This document shows positions 24,108 through 34,971 of a DNA stretch of 64,000 nt, one piece after another. The position numbers were made by a program, and so were the translations under genes. Each line of letters starts with the position of its first letter. The first letter of the stretch is position 1. Below the pieces are notes generated by a model, which did not search any database, was not told the DNA's origin, and saw only the letters and a program-made list of their open reading frames with translations. The DNA is from Bryobacterales bacterium (GTDB taxonomy: Bacteria > Acidobacteriota > Terriglobia > Bryobacterales > UBA6623), in NCBI GenBank assembly GCA_963422375.2, contig OY729427.2, forward strand, positions 544,001-608,000. Reading direction: 5' to 3'.

Positions 24108-24635
24108 CTAGAACGGGATATCGTCGTCGTCGATCGGCTTTTCCGCGACGGACTCCGGGGCTCCGCTCGGAGCCGGCGGCGCTTGCGGAGGCGGCTCCTC
24201 GCGACGGTAGGCGCCGCCATAGCCGCCTTGCCCGGAAGGCCCGCCTTGGCTTCCCTCGTAGCGGCCTCCGGCTTGGCCGTAGCCCCCGCCTCCGCCTTCC
24301 CGGCCGCCGAGCAGGATCAGGCCCATCGGATCGCAGACCACCTCGGTCTTGTATCGCTTCTGGCCGTTCTGGTCTTCCCACGAGCGGGTCTGCAGGCGGC
24401 CCTCTATGCCGACCTGCTTGCCCTTCCTGAGGTACGGGGCCACCCTGTCGCCCCTCCAGAGGACTACATCGTGCCAGTCGGTCCGCTCGCGCCAATCCCC
24501 AGTCGCTTGATCCTTGTAACGGGAGGTCGTGGCGAGCGGGAAATTCACGACCGCCGTCCCGCTCTGGGTATGGCGCGTCTCGGCGTCCTTGCCGAGATTA
24601 CCGATAAGCAGGACTTTGTTCAGACTGCTAGCCAT
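24108..24635 (-). CDS. ssb: Single-stranded DNA-binding protein
   Basis: LNKVLLIGNLGKD, EGRLQTRSW, Gly-rich linker, DDDIPF tail. Confidence 0.97.
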   Translation of the reverse strand: MASSLNKVLLIGNLGKDAETRHTQSGTAVVNFPLATTSRYKDQATGDWRERTDWHDVVLWRGDRVAPYLRKGKQVGIEGRLQTRSWEDQNGQKRYKTEVVCDPMGLILLGGREGGGGGYGQAGGRYEGSQGGPSGQGGYGGAYRREEPPPQAPPAPSGAPESVAEKPIDDDDIPF

Positions 24636-24708
24636 CGATACCAAGGTACAATCAAAAGCCTGCGGGCATCAACCGCTCGCAGCCGTGGCGGGCTTGACGA
24701 TTTCGAAA

Positions 24709-25719
24709 ATGAAGGCCTGGGGGCTGCCCTTCCTGTCTTTCGCCCTCGCGACCGGGCTCGGCGCGGCGGAGCGCGCCGACCTGCTCGTCGTAGAGAAGAA
24801 GAACAACTCGGTCGGGTTCTACTCGTCGTACGGCCATCGCCTAGGCGGCGTCCTCGTGGGCGAGACGCCGCACGAAGTGAGCGTCTCGCGAGACGGCCGC
24901 TTCGCATACGTGTCCGATAACGGCGTGCTCTGGATGGACTACGACGGCCCGGGCGGCAACACGGTCTCGATCATCGATCTCGCGACCCGGCGGCGCGCCG
25001 GCATCCTGCCACTGGGCAAGTTCCACCGGCCGCACGGCATCTCGCAGGATCCGAACTCCGGCCGGGCGCTCGTCACCTCGGAAAACCCCGATCGCGTCGT
25101 GCTGGTGGATCTCGACGCTCGCGCGGTGATCAAGGACTTCGACACCGGCGGCGCCGATCCGCACATGGTGACGTTCGGCAAGGATGGGCTGTGGGGCTAC
25201 GTCTCGAACACGGCCAGCTCCACCCTCGGAGCGGTCCACGTCGTCACGGGCGAACTGCACCTGATCAAGGTGGGCAAGGGCCCGCAGGGCAGCCTGCTCT
25301 CGCGCGACGGGTCGAAGCTCTGGGTGACCTGCCGCGACGAGGGAAGAATCGACATCGTCGACACGGCGTCCCGCACGGTCGTCGGCTCCATCACCACCGG
25401 CGAGGGCGTCAACCGGGTTGTCGCAACCCCGGACGAGACGCTGCTCGTGTACTCGCTCCAGTTCGGCGAGGCCGTCGGAATCGCCGATGTCGCCGCCGAG
25501 ACGGAGGTCGCCCGGATCCCTCTCGGCGGCCCGCCGCTTTCGATCTCCCTCTCGCGAGACGGCCACTACGCGTTCGCCGGCGTCCAGGACAAGGACCAGA
25601 TCTGGATCGTCTCGGTTCCCGACCGCAAGGCCGTGCAGGTCATCGACACCCCTCCCGGCATGGGGCCCGACCCAGTAATCGAGATCGGCACCTACTTCCC
25701 GACCAAAGCCAGGCCATGA
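24709..25719 (+). CDS. YncE/YVTN-type secreted beta-propeller protein
   Basis: Signal peptide; repeated [24 protein letters not shown] blades. Confidence 0.8.
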   Translation: MKAWGLPFLSFALATGLGAAERADLLVVEKKNNSVGFYSSYGHRLGGVLVGETPHEVSVSRDGRFAYVSDNGVLWMDYDGPGGNTVSIIDLATRRRAGILPLGKFHRPHGISQDPNSGRALVTSENPDRVVLVDLDARAVIKDFDTGGADPHMVTFGKDGLWGYVSNTASSTLGAVHVVTGELHLIKVGKGPQGSLLSRDGSKLWVTCRDEGRIDIVDTASRTVVGSITTGEGVNRVVATPDETLLVYSLQFGEAVGIADVAAETEVARIPLGGPPLSISLSRDGHYAFAGVQDKDQIWIVSVPDRKAVQVIDTPPGMGPDPVIEIGTYFPTKARP

Positions 25720-26462
25720 ACGACGAGAGCCTGCGCGCGCTCCTCGAAGACGTACGCGAGGGGCGCTGCGACGTCGACCGGGCGGTCAGCGAAATGCGGC
25801 ACATGCCGTTCGAGGACCTCGGCTTCGCCAAGGTCGACCACCACCGGGCGATCCGCCACGGGATGCCCGAGGTCATCCTCGGGCAGGGCAAGTCGGTCGA
25901 GGAAGTGCGGGCCATCGCCGGGCGGATCCTGCAAAGGTCCCCCAACCTGCTGGTCACCAGGGCCAGCCAGGCGATGTTCGAGGCAGTGCGCGAGGCGGAT
26001 GCCAGCGCGGAGTTCTTCCCCCGCTCGCGCGCCGTCCGCGTCTGCCGGGACCGCACCGTCCTCGGCAAGGCGAAGATTGCCGTCGTCTGCGCTGGCACGA
26101 GCGACATACCGGTCGCCGAGGAAGCATGCGTGACCGCGGAGGTCATGGGCAACGAGATCGATTCCATCTACGACGTCGGCGTCGCGGGCATCCATCGCCT
26201 CCTGTCGCGGATCGAGCGCATCGAGTCCGCCCGCGTCGCGATCTGCTGCGCGGGCATGGAGGGAGCGCTGCCCAGCGCTCTCGGCGGGCTGGTTTCCATC
26301 CCGGTCATCGCGGTCCCGACGAGCGTGGGCTACGGTGCGAGCTTCAACGGCCTGTCCGCCCTGCTGGGCATGCTGAACTCGTGCGCCAGCAACGTGTCGG
26401 TGGTCAACATCGACAACGGCTTCGGTGCGGCTTACGTAGCGACGCTGATCAACCGAATCTAG
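25716..26462 (+). CDS. larB: Nickel-pincer cofactor biosynthesis protein LarB
   Basis: [56 protein letters not shown] overlap with the upstream gene. Confidence 0.93.
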   Translation: MNDESLRALLEDVREGRCDVDRAVSEMRHMPFEDLGFAKVDHHRAIRHGMPEVILGQGKSVEEVRAIAGRILQRSPNLLVTRASQAMFEAVREADASAEFFPRSRAVRVCRDRTVLGKAKIAVVCAGTSDIPVAEEACVTAEVMGNEIDSIYDVGVAGIHRLLSRIERIESARVAICCAGMEGALPSALGGLVSIPVIAVPTSVGYGASFNGLSALLGMLNSCASNVSVVNIDNGFGAAYVATLINRI

Positions 26463-26523
26463 CCGCGACCAGCATCCCGTCCACCGTCCGGGTCCGCGCG
26501 CGGCGTGTGCGAAACTAGCTTTC

Positions 26524-27357
26524 ATGCAAGGTGGAAGACTCGGTCCCCTAGCCGTCGCGGCGGCCTTCGCGCTACTCCTCGCGGTCCCGGCCGCCGCCGC
26601 CGAGGCGGACGAGCGGATGCACTTGCTCGTGCTCGGCGGCTCGGACTTCTTCGCGCACGACGCGGTCTCGCATGCCATGTTCACGATGGCCAAGATCGGC
26701 GAGCGGTCGGGCCTGTTCGACGTCCGCTTCCGCACCGACATGGAGCTCGTCAGCAAGCGCAAGCCGAAGGGCAACCGCAAGAACCTCGACTACTTCGACG
26801 CGGTGCTGTTCTACACGCAGGGCGACATCGCCCTGAGCGCGGAGCAGAAGGCCGACCTGATGAGCTTCGTCAAGGAGGACGGCAAGGCCATCCTCGTCGC
26901 GCACAGCGGCACCGACTCGTTTCGCGAGACCTGGCCCGACTACATCGACATGGTCGGCGGGGCGTTCGTCAACCATCCCTGGCACCAGAGGGTCCGCGTC
27001 CGGGTGGAGGACAGCGGGCACCCGATCACGCGCCACTTCCCCGAGACGTTCGAGGTCACCGACGAAATCTACCAGCTGAACCGCTACTCGCGCGACCGAG
27101 TGCGGGTCCTGATGAGCCTCGAGCCAGCCAGCGTGGATCTGACCAAGAAGGGGGTCCAGCGCGAGGACCGCGACTTCGCCATCGCATGGGTGCGCGAGTT
27201 CGGCAAGGGCCGCGTCTTCACCTGCGTGCTGGGCCACCGCAACGAAGTGTGGGACAGCCCCGACATCCAGAAGATGTGGCTGGAGGCGTTCCGCTGGGCG
27301 GTGGGCATCACGGACGGCGAAACCGCCTCGCTGCCGCGCCCGACAGACGACGACTGA
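26524..27357 (+). CDS. ThuA-like domain secreted protein
   Basis: Signal peptide; DAVLFYTQG, HSGTD, GGAFVNHP, DEIY, GKGRVFTCVLGH. Confidence 0.88.
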   Translation: MQGGRLGPLAVAAAFALLLAVPAAAAEADERMHLLVLGGSDFFAHDAVSHAMFTMAKIGERSGLFDVRFRTDMELVSKRKPKGNRKNLDYFDAVLFYTQGDIALSAEQKADLMSFVKEDGKAILVAHSGTDSFRETWPDYIDMVGGAFVNHPWHQRVRVRVEDSGHPITRHFPETFEVTDEIYQLNRYSRDRVRVLMSLEPASVDLTKKGVQREDRDFAIAWVREFGKGRVFTCVLGHRNEVWDSPDIQKMWLEAFRWAVGITDGETASLPRPTDDD

Positions 27358-28069
27358 GACCGGGACCGGGTTCCCGCACGAAGCGGTACCCGACCCCGCG
27401 CACCGTGAGCAGGTGCCGGGGCTTGGTCGGCTCGGGCTCGATCGACCGTCGCAGGCGAACGATGAAGTTGTCGACGGCCCGCGTGTCGGTGTCCTCGCGC
27501 ACGCCCCAGACTTCTCGCAGGAGCTTCTTCCGGGACACGTTGCGCCCCTCATTGGCGATCAGGTGGTGCAGGAGCCTAGCCTCCATCAGGGTCAGGTCGC
27601 GCGTCTCGCCGTCCACGGTCAGCTGCTGCCGGGCGAAATCCACCTTGCAGCCGTTGAATTCGTAGGCTTCCAAGGAGGGTTCCAGCCCCTCCCCCGCGCT
27701 CCACCTGTGCCTCCTGAGCAGACCGCGTATGCGCGCAAGCAGCACCGCCAGCTCGAACGGCTTCGGCAAGTAGTCGTCGGCCCCGGCGGAAAGGCCTTCC
27801 ACGATGTCCTCCGGCCGCCTGCGGGCCGTGAGCATCATGACCGGCTCGTAGTGCCCGCACGAGCGGAGACGCCGCACCACGGCGAATCCGTCGATGCCGG
27901 GCAGCATGACGTCGACTACCAGCGCGTCGAACGCCGGGCACGTCCGGACCGTCTCCAAGGCCTGCTCCCCGGTCTCGGAGACTTGGACGGTGAAGCCCTC
28001 GGCCTCCAAGTTGAATCGCAGGCCTGTCGCCAAGTGACGCTCGTCCTCGACGATCAGGATGCGCTTCAT
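27308..28069 (-). CDS. OmpR-family response regulator
   Basis: ILIVEDE, DVMLPGIDG, GADDYLPKPF, winged helix TVRGVGY. Confidence 0.95.
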   Translation of the reverse strand: MKRILIVEDERHLATGLRFNLEAEGFTVQVSETGEQALETVRTCPAFDALVVDVMLPGIDGFAVVRRLRSCGHYEPVMMLTARRRPEDIVEGLSAGADDYLPKPFELAVLLARIRGLLRRHRWSAGEGLEPSLEAYEFNGCKVDFARQQLTVDGETRDLTLMEARLLHHLIANEGRNVSRKKLLREVWGVREDTDTRAVDNFIVRLRRSIEPEPTKPRHLLTVRGVGYRFVREPGPGLSRRLSGAAARRFRRP

Positions 28070-28971
28070 CCCGTCGCCGCCAGCGGGAGCTCGATGGTGA
28101 AGGTGCTGCCCCGGCCCTTGCCCGCGCTCTCCCCGTAGGCCCGGCCGCCGTGCCTGCTCGCGACCGTACGGACGATGAACAGACCGAGGCCGGTGCCCTT
28201 GGCCCGGAAGGCACCCGGAATCCTGTAGAAGCGGCGGAACACGCGCTTCAGCTCCTCCGGGTCGATTCCGATGCCGTTGTCGCTAATGCGGATCGCCACC
28301 GTGGACGGACCGACCTTGTCGGTCTCGATCGACACCTCGGGCCTGTCGCCTGAATACTTGACCGAGTTGTCGATCAGGTTCGAGACGGCCGCCCGCAGCT
28401 CCTCGCCGTTCCCCAGCACCACGGCGCGATTCCCCGCGGGAATGCGGTTGCGGAACCGCAGCACGCCGTCCGCGAGGTCGTGGGCGCGCCGGAGCGTATG
28501 GACGCATTCGAGCACGATCTCGGGCACGTCCAACGGCATGGGCTGCGACCGGCGACGGGATCCGACCGACCCGGCCAGGAGGACTTGGTCGATCGTGCCC
28601 TGCAGGCGCTTCATGTCCGCCAGCATGATGCCGTAGAACTCCCGCTGGCGCTCCTCGTCAACGCACCTCGACTGGAGCGTCTGCAGGTACAGGTTCAGCG
28701 ACGCAACGGGTGTCTTCAGCTCGTGCGTGACGGCGTTGATGAACGCGTCGTGCTTCTCGTTCCGACGGATTTCGCGAACAAGAAAGACCGTGTTGAGGAC
28801 CAGCCCGGCAATCAGCAGCAGCCCGGCGATGACGCCGATGCCCATGACCACGCCGCTGCGCCAGTTGGCCACTAGCCAGCCGATGTTCAGCGCCGCCGCC
28901 AGAACCACCAGGCAGGCCCCAAGAGCGATCCAGAAGATCACCGAGCGCTTGCGATGACCGGTCAGCTCCAC
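28066..28971 (-). CDS. Sensor histidine kinase (HisKA + HATPase)
   Basis: Two TM segments; VTHELKTP, NLIDNSVKY, DNGIG, GTGLGL; probable GTG start at 28971. Confidence 0.93.
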   Translation of the reverse strand: MELTGHRKRSVIFWIALGACLVVLAAALNIGWLVANWRSGVVMGIGVIAGLLLIAGLVLNTVFLVREIRRNEKHDAFINAVTHELKTPVASLNLYLQTLQSRCVDEERQREFYGIMLADMKRLQGTIDQVLLAGSVGSRRRSQPMPLDVPEIVLECVHTLRRAHDLADGVLRFRNRIPAGNRAVVLGNGEELRAAVSNLIDNSVKYSGDRPEVSIETDKVGPSTVAIRISDNGIGIDPEELKRVFRRFYRIPGAFRAKGTGLGLFIVRTVASRHGGRAYGESAGKGRGSTFTIELPLAATG

Positions 28972-29074
28972 GCTGTTTTCATGATACTTTCGGCCCGCGC
29001 AACGCCATCCGTGCTCTCCCGTCCGCGGGCCCGCTGGGGCGGGCGCGGACCCTCGGGACCGTATAATCCGAGTC

Positions 29075-29956
29075 ATGCTGAACCGTCGCCAGCTCTTCCC
29101 CGCCCTCGCCGCGCTCCCGGCGGCCTTGCGCGCCGGAGTGCCGAAGCTCGATGGCGCCAGGCCCCGCCTGAGAACCGCGATCTGCGCGTATTCGTTCCGC
29201 AAGGCGCTCGGCGAAGGCTCGCTGAGCTACCTCGACCTCGTTGACATGGCGGTCGACAACGGCGTCGACGGGCTGGATTCGACCGTGTACTGGTTCCCGG
29301 CCAACGGCCTGGGGGGTTTCCTCGCAGCCTATCGGCGGAAGGCCTACCTCGCCGGGGTGGACCTGCCGAGCATCGCCATCCGGACCGATCTGTGCCGCCG
29401 TGACCGCGGCGAGCGGGCGCGGGAAGTCGCATGGCTGAAGCATTGGACGGATGTCTCGTACAGGCTCGGATCCAGCCATATCCGGGTCTTCGGCGGCACC
29501 GTTCCCGAGGGCAGCAGCGAGGACGAGGCGGCGGGTTGGTGCGCGGAGATCCTCAAGCGGTCGGCCGACTACGCCGCCGAGCGCGGCGTGGTCCTAGGCC
29601 TGGAGAACCACGGCGGCATCACTTCGCGAGCCGAGCGGATCATCCAGATCGTGCGCGCCGTGGACCATCCGAACGTCGGCATCAACCTCGACACCGGGAA
29701 CTTCCGCAGCGACCCCTACGGCCAGATCGCGATGAGCCTGCCGTACGCGGTCAACTCTCAGTTTAAGGTGCAAATCCGTGACGAGCGCGGCAATCACCGG
29801 CCGTCCGACTGGGACCGAATCGTGCGCATGTTCGCCGAGGCCGGATACCGCGGATACATGGCCCTCGAGTACGAAGCGCCCGATGATCCTTTCGCGGCCG
29901 TGCCGCGACACCTAGCCCGGCTGCGCGAGCTCGCCACCAAGTACGGCGACGCCTGA
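29075..29956 (+). CDS. Sugar phosphate isomerase/epimerase (AP_endonuc_2 TIM barrel), Tat-exported
   Basis: NRRQLF; IRVFGG, LENHGG, NLDTGNF, GYRGYMALEYE. Confidence 0.9.
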   Translation: MLNRRQLFPALAALPAALRAGVPKLDGARPRLRTAICAYSFRKALGEGSLSYLDLVDMAVDNGVDGLDSTVYWFPANGLGGFLAAYRRKAYLAGVDLPSIAIRTDLCRRDRGERAREVAWLKHWTDVSYRLGSSHIRVFGGTVPEGSSEDEAAGWCAEILKRSADYAAERGVVLGLENHGGITSRAERIIQIVRAVDHPNVGINLDTGNFRSDPYGQIAMSLPYAVNSQFKVQIRDERGNHRPSDWDRIVRMFAEAGYRGYMALEYEAPDDPFAAVPRHLARLRELATKYGDA

Positions 29957-29990
29957 GGCGCGGTCCGAGGCGGGCCCGCGGCCAAAACGG

Positions 29991-31040
29991 TCAGTCCGGG
30001 AACGGTCGCGCCTGAACCGCTTCGAGGAAGGCCGGATTCTGCCGCCGGAGGCGCAGCGAACGCTCCTTGGCCTCGCGAGCGCTGTCTCGGTCGCGCAGGC
30101 GGAAGTACACCTGCGAAAGCAGGAGATGCGGCTGCGGATGCCGCGGCTCGATGCGAACCGCCTCCCGGAGCACGCCGAGCGCATCGTCCCAGGTCCCGGC
30201 ACCCATCAGGGCCCGCGCCAATGCGATCCTGCCGGGCATGTAATCCGGACGGATGGCGATCGCTCGTCGGAGCGGCTCGAGAGCCTCTTCGTGCCGGGCC
30301 TGCCTCACCAGCCAGTCCCCGTAGAAGTAATGCGGCTCCTCGTAGTCCGGATCGAGCTCGATGGACTTGCGCAGCAGGGGCAGCGCCTCGTCGAACCGAC
30401 CGGTCCTCTGGAGGTGCCATGCCAGCTCGAAACTGGCGCGAGCCGAAACTGGAAAGCGCTTCGCGGCCCGGGCGGCGATTTCGAACCCGGCCGGCAAGTC
30501 GCCGGCCTCGCGGCAGGCGTGGATCGCCAAGTAGTACAGATCCTCGATCTCCGGCCGGAGGCGGAGCGCTCGCATGGAAACGTCGGCCGCCTCGCGCAGG
30601 TAGCGCCCCTTGCCGTATTCCACGGCCATGACCTGCATGAGCTGGTAGTGGTCCGGCTGGATCTCCAGAGCGCGACGCCAAGCGCGCAGGGCCTCGTCCG
30701 ACCGGTCGAGCTTGTGGCTGGCCGCCCCCAGCAGGTAGTGCGCGTTGAATTCGCCAGGCCCGGCCGAAGCGGCCCGGGACAGCAGGGGAATCGCCCTCTC
30801 GAAGAGTCCCGCCGAGAAATGCATGTACCCGAGATTGAACAGCGCGGGGAAGTATTCGGGAGCGACCTCCAGCGCCTGGCGCCAGAGGTCGGCCGCCGCA
30901 TCCGGCCGACCTTGCTGCGCAAGCTCCAAGCCGCGGTCGGTGAGCAGCCCGGGGCCGACCCCCGCTTGCCCGCCGGCCGCCGACGCGATCAGGAGACATG
31001 CCGCCAGCACTTTCGCGCCTGCGGCCAGCCGCGCCTTCAC
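29991..31040 (-). CDS. Secreted TPR protein
   Basis: Signal peptide and tandem TPR repeats; GTG 31040 overlaps the upstream TGA. Confidence 0.88.
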   Translation of the reverse strand: MKARLAAGAKVLAACLLIASAAGGQAGVGPGLLTDRGLELAQQGRPDAAADLWRQALEVAPEYFPALFNLGYMHFSAGLFERAIPLLSRAASAGPGEFNAHYLLGAASHKLDRSDEALRAWRRALEIQPDHYQLMQVMAVEYGKGRYLREAADVSMRALRLRPEIEDLYYLAIHACREAGDLPAGFEIAARAAKRFPVSARASFELAWHLQRTGRFDEALPLLRKSIELDPDYEEPHYFYGDWLVRQARHEEALEPLRRAIAIRPDYMPGRIALARALMGAGTWDDALGVLREAVRIEPRHPQPHLLLSQVYFRLRDRDSAREAKERSLRLRRQNPAFLEAVQARPFPD

Positions 31041-32779
31041 GGAGCCGCCTCGACCTTGCCGGATCCCTCTACCAGCAGCCATGCGCCGCCGGCGGCGGCG
31101 GGAAACTGCTCGCGCTCGCCGCTGGGCCAGAGCACCGTGATCCGCTCGACGCCCGCGGCACCGCCAAGTCCGAAATGCTGCCGCAGGTCGCTGTGGGAAA
31201 CGTAGCTCGACTGGCTCATCACGGCCCGGGTCTGGAGGCGGCCGCCGACCTCAACCGAGACGACGGAGCCGACGGCCGCACGATTGGAGAGGGTGCCACG
31301 CAACTGCAGGCGGATCCAGTTGGTTCCGGGCGGGAGGCCGTTGCGCAGCAGCGAGACGCGCTCCGCCATGTTCATCACGAGCACGTCCAGGTCCCCGTCA
31401 TCGTCGAAGTCGCCGAAAGCGGCCCCGCGGCTGGACCTGGCCTCGCGCAGGCCGCGGCCGGACAGCGCGGTCACGTCCTCGAAGCGCTTGCCCGCCAAGT
31501 TCCGGTAGACGAGGTTCGTCTGCGCGTAGGTCTCTGCGACCTTTGACTGGCGGTCTAGCTTCGGATAGACGTGACCGTTGACCTGGAAGAGGTCCTGCCA
31601 GCCGTCGTTGTCGAGATCAACGAGATCGACGCCCCAGCCCACGTACTGCGGATTCGACGCGAGGCCGGCCCGCACGCACATGTCCTCGAAGAACAGGCCG
31701 TCGGTGTTCCGGTACAGGTTCGGATAGTCGTCGGCGAAATTCGTCTTGACCAGATCCAGCCAGCCGTCCCCGTCGAAGTCGCCGACACCGACGCCCATGC
31801 CCCCCTGTTCGAAGCCGTGCTCGCTGAACGCCACGCCGGTCTCGGTGCCGTAGTCCGTGAAGGTCCCGTCGCCGTTGTTCACGAACAGAATGCTGGGCGT
31901 CGAGTCGCAGGCGATATAGATGTCCTGCCAGCCGTCGCCGTCAAAGTCCGCGGCCGCCGCCGTGAAGGCGTAATAGTCCCGCACCTCCCGCACGCCCGCG
32001 ACCTCGCTGACGTCCTCGAAGCGCCCGTCTCCCAAGTTCCGGTACAGGGTCACGCCGCCGAATGGCAGGCCTCTCGGCCCGCAATAGACCGGCATGCCCT
32101 TCCACTCGCAGTTCGACGTCTCGCCCGGCGGGGGCGCCGTGGTCGGGTCGAACTGCTGGTACTGCGTAACGAGCAGGTCGAGCAGCCCGTCCCTGTCGTA
32201 GTCGACGAACGTGCAACCCGAACTCCACTGGCCGGGAGCCCCGGCCACGCCGGCCTCGGTGGCGACCTCCCCGAAGCTCCCGTCGGCGCGGTTCCGATAC
32301 AGCGCGTCCTCGCCCCAGTAGCCGACGAACATGTCGAGGCCGCCGTCATTGTCGTAGTCGCCCGCGCACACCGCGCTGCCCCAGCCGGAGCGCCCGACGC
32401 CGCTCGCCACCGTGACGTCCTCGAACTTGCCGCCGCCCGCGTTGCGGTAGAGACGGCTGGTCGGGGCCTCGCCTGCGGGGAATCCTGCCAAGCTCGACCC
32501 GTTGACCAGGAAAGCATCCAGCCTGGAATCGCCGTCATAGTCCAGAAACGCCACGCCGGAACCGTTGGCCTCGATGATGTAGCTCTTCTCCTCGCGCCCG
32601 CCGTAGGTGAACTCGAGATCGAGACCCGCGTCCAAGGCGACGTCCGCGAACTTCGCCTTCCACGGCAGACCCGACAACTCCGGCGCCCTAACCGGCTGTG
32701 CGTTCGAGCTGGCGACGCCTTGGCCGAGCAGCGCCGAGGGGACCAGCAGGCAGAGCCACAGCAGCGACGGGACCAGCAT
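31037..32779 (-). CDS. CRTAC1-like FG-GAP repeat plus ASPIC/UnbV protein
   Basis: Repeated DYDxDGxxD motifs; SSRGAAFGDFDDDGD; SNRAAVG, HFGLG, V.WPSG. Confidence 0.92.
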   Translation of the reverse strand: MLVPSLLWLCLLVPSALLGQGVASSNAQPVRAPELSGLPWKAKFADVALDAGLDLEFTYGGREEKSYIIEANGSGVAFLDYDGDSRLDAFLVNGSSLAGFPAGEAPTSRLYRNAGGGKFEDVTVASGVGRSGWGSAVCAGDYDNDGGLDMFVGYWGEDALYRNRADGSFGEVATEAGVAGAPGQWSSGCTFVDYDRDGLLDLLVTQYQQFDPTTAPPPGETSNCEWKGMPVYCGPRGLPFGGVTLYRNLGDGRFEDVSEVAGVREVRDYYAFTAAAADFDGDGWQDIYIACDSTPSILFVNNGDGTFTDYGTETGVAFSEHGFEQGGMGVGVGDFDGDGWLDLVKTNFADDYPNLYRNTDGLFFEDMCVRAGLASNPQYVGWGVDLVDLDNDGWQDLFQVNGHVYPKLDRQSKVAETYAQTNLVYRNLAGKRFEDVTALSGRGLREARSSRGAAFGDFDDDGDLDVLVMNMAERVSLLRNGLPPGTNWIRLQLRGTLSNRAAVGSVVSVEVGGRLQTRAVMSQSSYVSHSDLRQHFGLGGAAGVERITVLWPSGEREQFPAAAGGAWLLVEGSGKVEAAP

Positions 32780-32921
32780 CGCAGGGGGCGGCAGCCCCCG
32801 AATCCAGAGTATCTCACCGGGTTGCGCCGCGAGCGGCAGCCGGCTAGGGGCAGGCGGCGTTCGCGCGGAGCTCGAGCCGAGCGTTCAGCCCGTGCGTCAA
32901 CCGCAGCGCTACAGCGGTGCC

Positions 32922-34778
32922 CTAGCCGACCGCCTCGGAGTCGGGCACGCTGGGCGAATCGCTCAGGGACAACTTGCCTCGGAGGACGACCTCGAAAGCG
33001 TGCTCCGTGGCCGCCTGCCGCTTGATGCGCCTTGACCCGTAGTCCGTGCCCTGCGCGTTGATCCGGTTTCCGAGGCTCCAACCGATGTCGGGTGCGCCGA
33101 CGGCCATGCGGGTGCTTCCATGGGCCTGATGGGCCATCACCGCCGCGGGCCAGCTCGCGCTTGGCGCCGACTGGCCCAGCGGCGTCTCGACCGATTCGTA
33201 GAAGGTGTAGTCCGTAACGCCGCGCGCCGGGAAGCTCGCCTGATGCATCCTGCCCGCTCGCACGACCCGGTGGTGGGCCGACGGATCGGCCGCCTGCTCC
33301 CGCAGCTTCTGCGCGCCTCGGTCTGCCGGGAAGAGCACGTACTCGTAGCTGTGCCCGTCGGGCGGATGACGTGATCGAGGAAGGCCTGCGCGTAGGCCCC
33401 CTCGTTCGGCTCGTACTCTTCCGACATGCTCTTCCGGATGCCATAGGCCGCCGCGAGATCCGCGGTGCTGCCCGCCCGGAAGTAGCTGTTTCCGACGCTG
33501 TCGTCCATCGCCGCCGTCCCCCTCGCTATCACTCGGATCGAGACCTCGAGACCGGTCAGCGAGATCCCGCCTAGCCCAGTGGCGGCTGCGGGGCCCGCGG
33601 ACGGGTCTGGAAGAGAGTCGTGTGCGTCTCGTCGGTCGGCGTGCGTCCGTGGATGTCCGTACCCACGGCCAGCACCCGATCCCCCGCGAAGCGCTAGGTC
33701 TTGCGCGCCCGCAGGTCGGTAGGGGCCGTAATGGACACGGCTTCCCAGTCATGGACGAAAGACCCGTGGTCACCGAGAGAGACACAGCCCACGAGCGTCT
33801 AGGTGCTGTAGCTGCGCTGCGGATGCTTGAGCTCGATTCCCTGGGATCTCTGGCGCACTTTCGAGTTGCCAGGGAGCGCTCTTCGATCGGATAATGGCTG
33901 GCCGTCGGGCCCGGCTCCTGGCACCAATCCCAGCCGTTGTCGAGATCGTGCCCGGAATCCGGCGCGCGGACGGGCGAGCCCGCGCTGAAACCCTGCAGGA
34001 CACCGTACGGCCAGTTCTGGACGAAGCTGTGCTCGAGGGTTCGAATCTGGCCATCGAAGTCCCAGAAGTTCTGTCTGAGTCCCCGCGCCGAAACCAGCCA
34101 GTCCGCGGGCCGGAAGAAGGCGGCCGCGGCGGTGGGCGTGATCCAGACTCCCTGGGGCGTCGGGGCGGCGGCGATGCCCGGTCCCGGCAGGTCCGCGACC
34201 AGCCGGTAGATCCCGAGGCCGCGAATCGGAGCCTGCACCTGCGCTCGAACTAGGCGCGGCTGCCGGGCTCCGGCCAGAAATGGCGGCGGCCGAAGAAGCT
34301 CGAGGAAGCGTGCCCTCATTGCGTCGTCGTTCGATCCGTCCGGATGCGCCCGGAAGGGCATGGCCTTGGAAACGGTCATGGTGGGCCTGTCGCCGTGGTC
34401 GCCGCGCTGCCGCCCTCGCAGGGCGCTGGTGACCGAGTACTTCTGCACCATCACCCGGTCGGCTTCAAGCGCGAGCTTGACCGCGGCGACGTTTCCTCCC
34501 GTATGGCCGGCTAGCCCCTGCGCCACGTAGAGCAACTCGGCGCACGACTCGGGCGCGAAGGGGCCACAAGCGCCCATGCAAGCCGACGCGTAGTGGAAGG
34601 TCGTGCCGTCGGGCTGGATGGCGCCCTGCGCGCCGGGCTTGGCAGCGACGTTCTGAGCGATCGCGCGGGAGAGGGCCGCCGACATCCTTCCGCGCTCGCC
34701 GGCGCCCTCGACCAGCAGGAAGTAGGGTGAGAAGTAGTCTACGAGGAGCCGCAAGGCGTCCGCATTCGAGCGACCCAA
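32922..34778 (-). pseudogene. Chondroitinase ABC-like (PL8) polysaccharide lyase remnant, 5'-truncated and frameshifted
   Basis: IQPDGTTFH, FFR..WLVSARG, GWDW..PG.T, HTTLFQ, DSVGNSY, AFLDH, SYEYVLFP distributed over several frames. Confidence 0.7.
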
Positions 34779-34971
34779 GCGCGGCGCGGCCGGAGGCCGC
34801 GATCAGGGATGCCCGCTGCGCGGGCTGCCGGAAACGGGGTGGCCAGCCTTGGCTGCCAGCGGGTCCGACTGTCGACCGCCCGATATCCAGAGCCGGGACC
34901 GTAGCACCATGCGGGGCCTTCGTCCGAGACTAGGCGCAAGCGTCGGATCGAAAGCGAGTAGAATGCAATCT

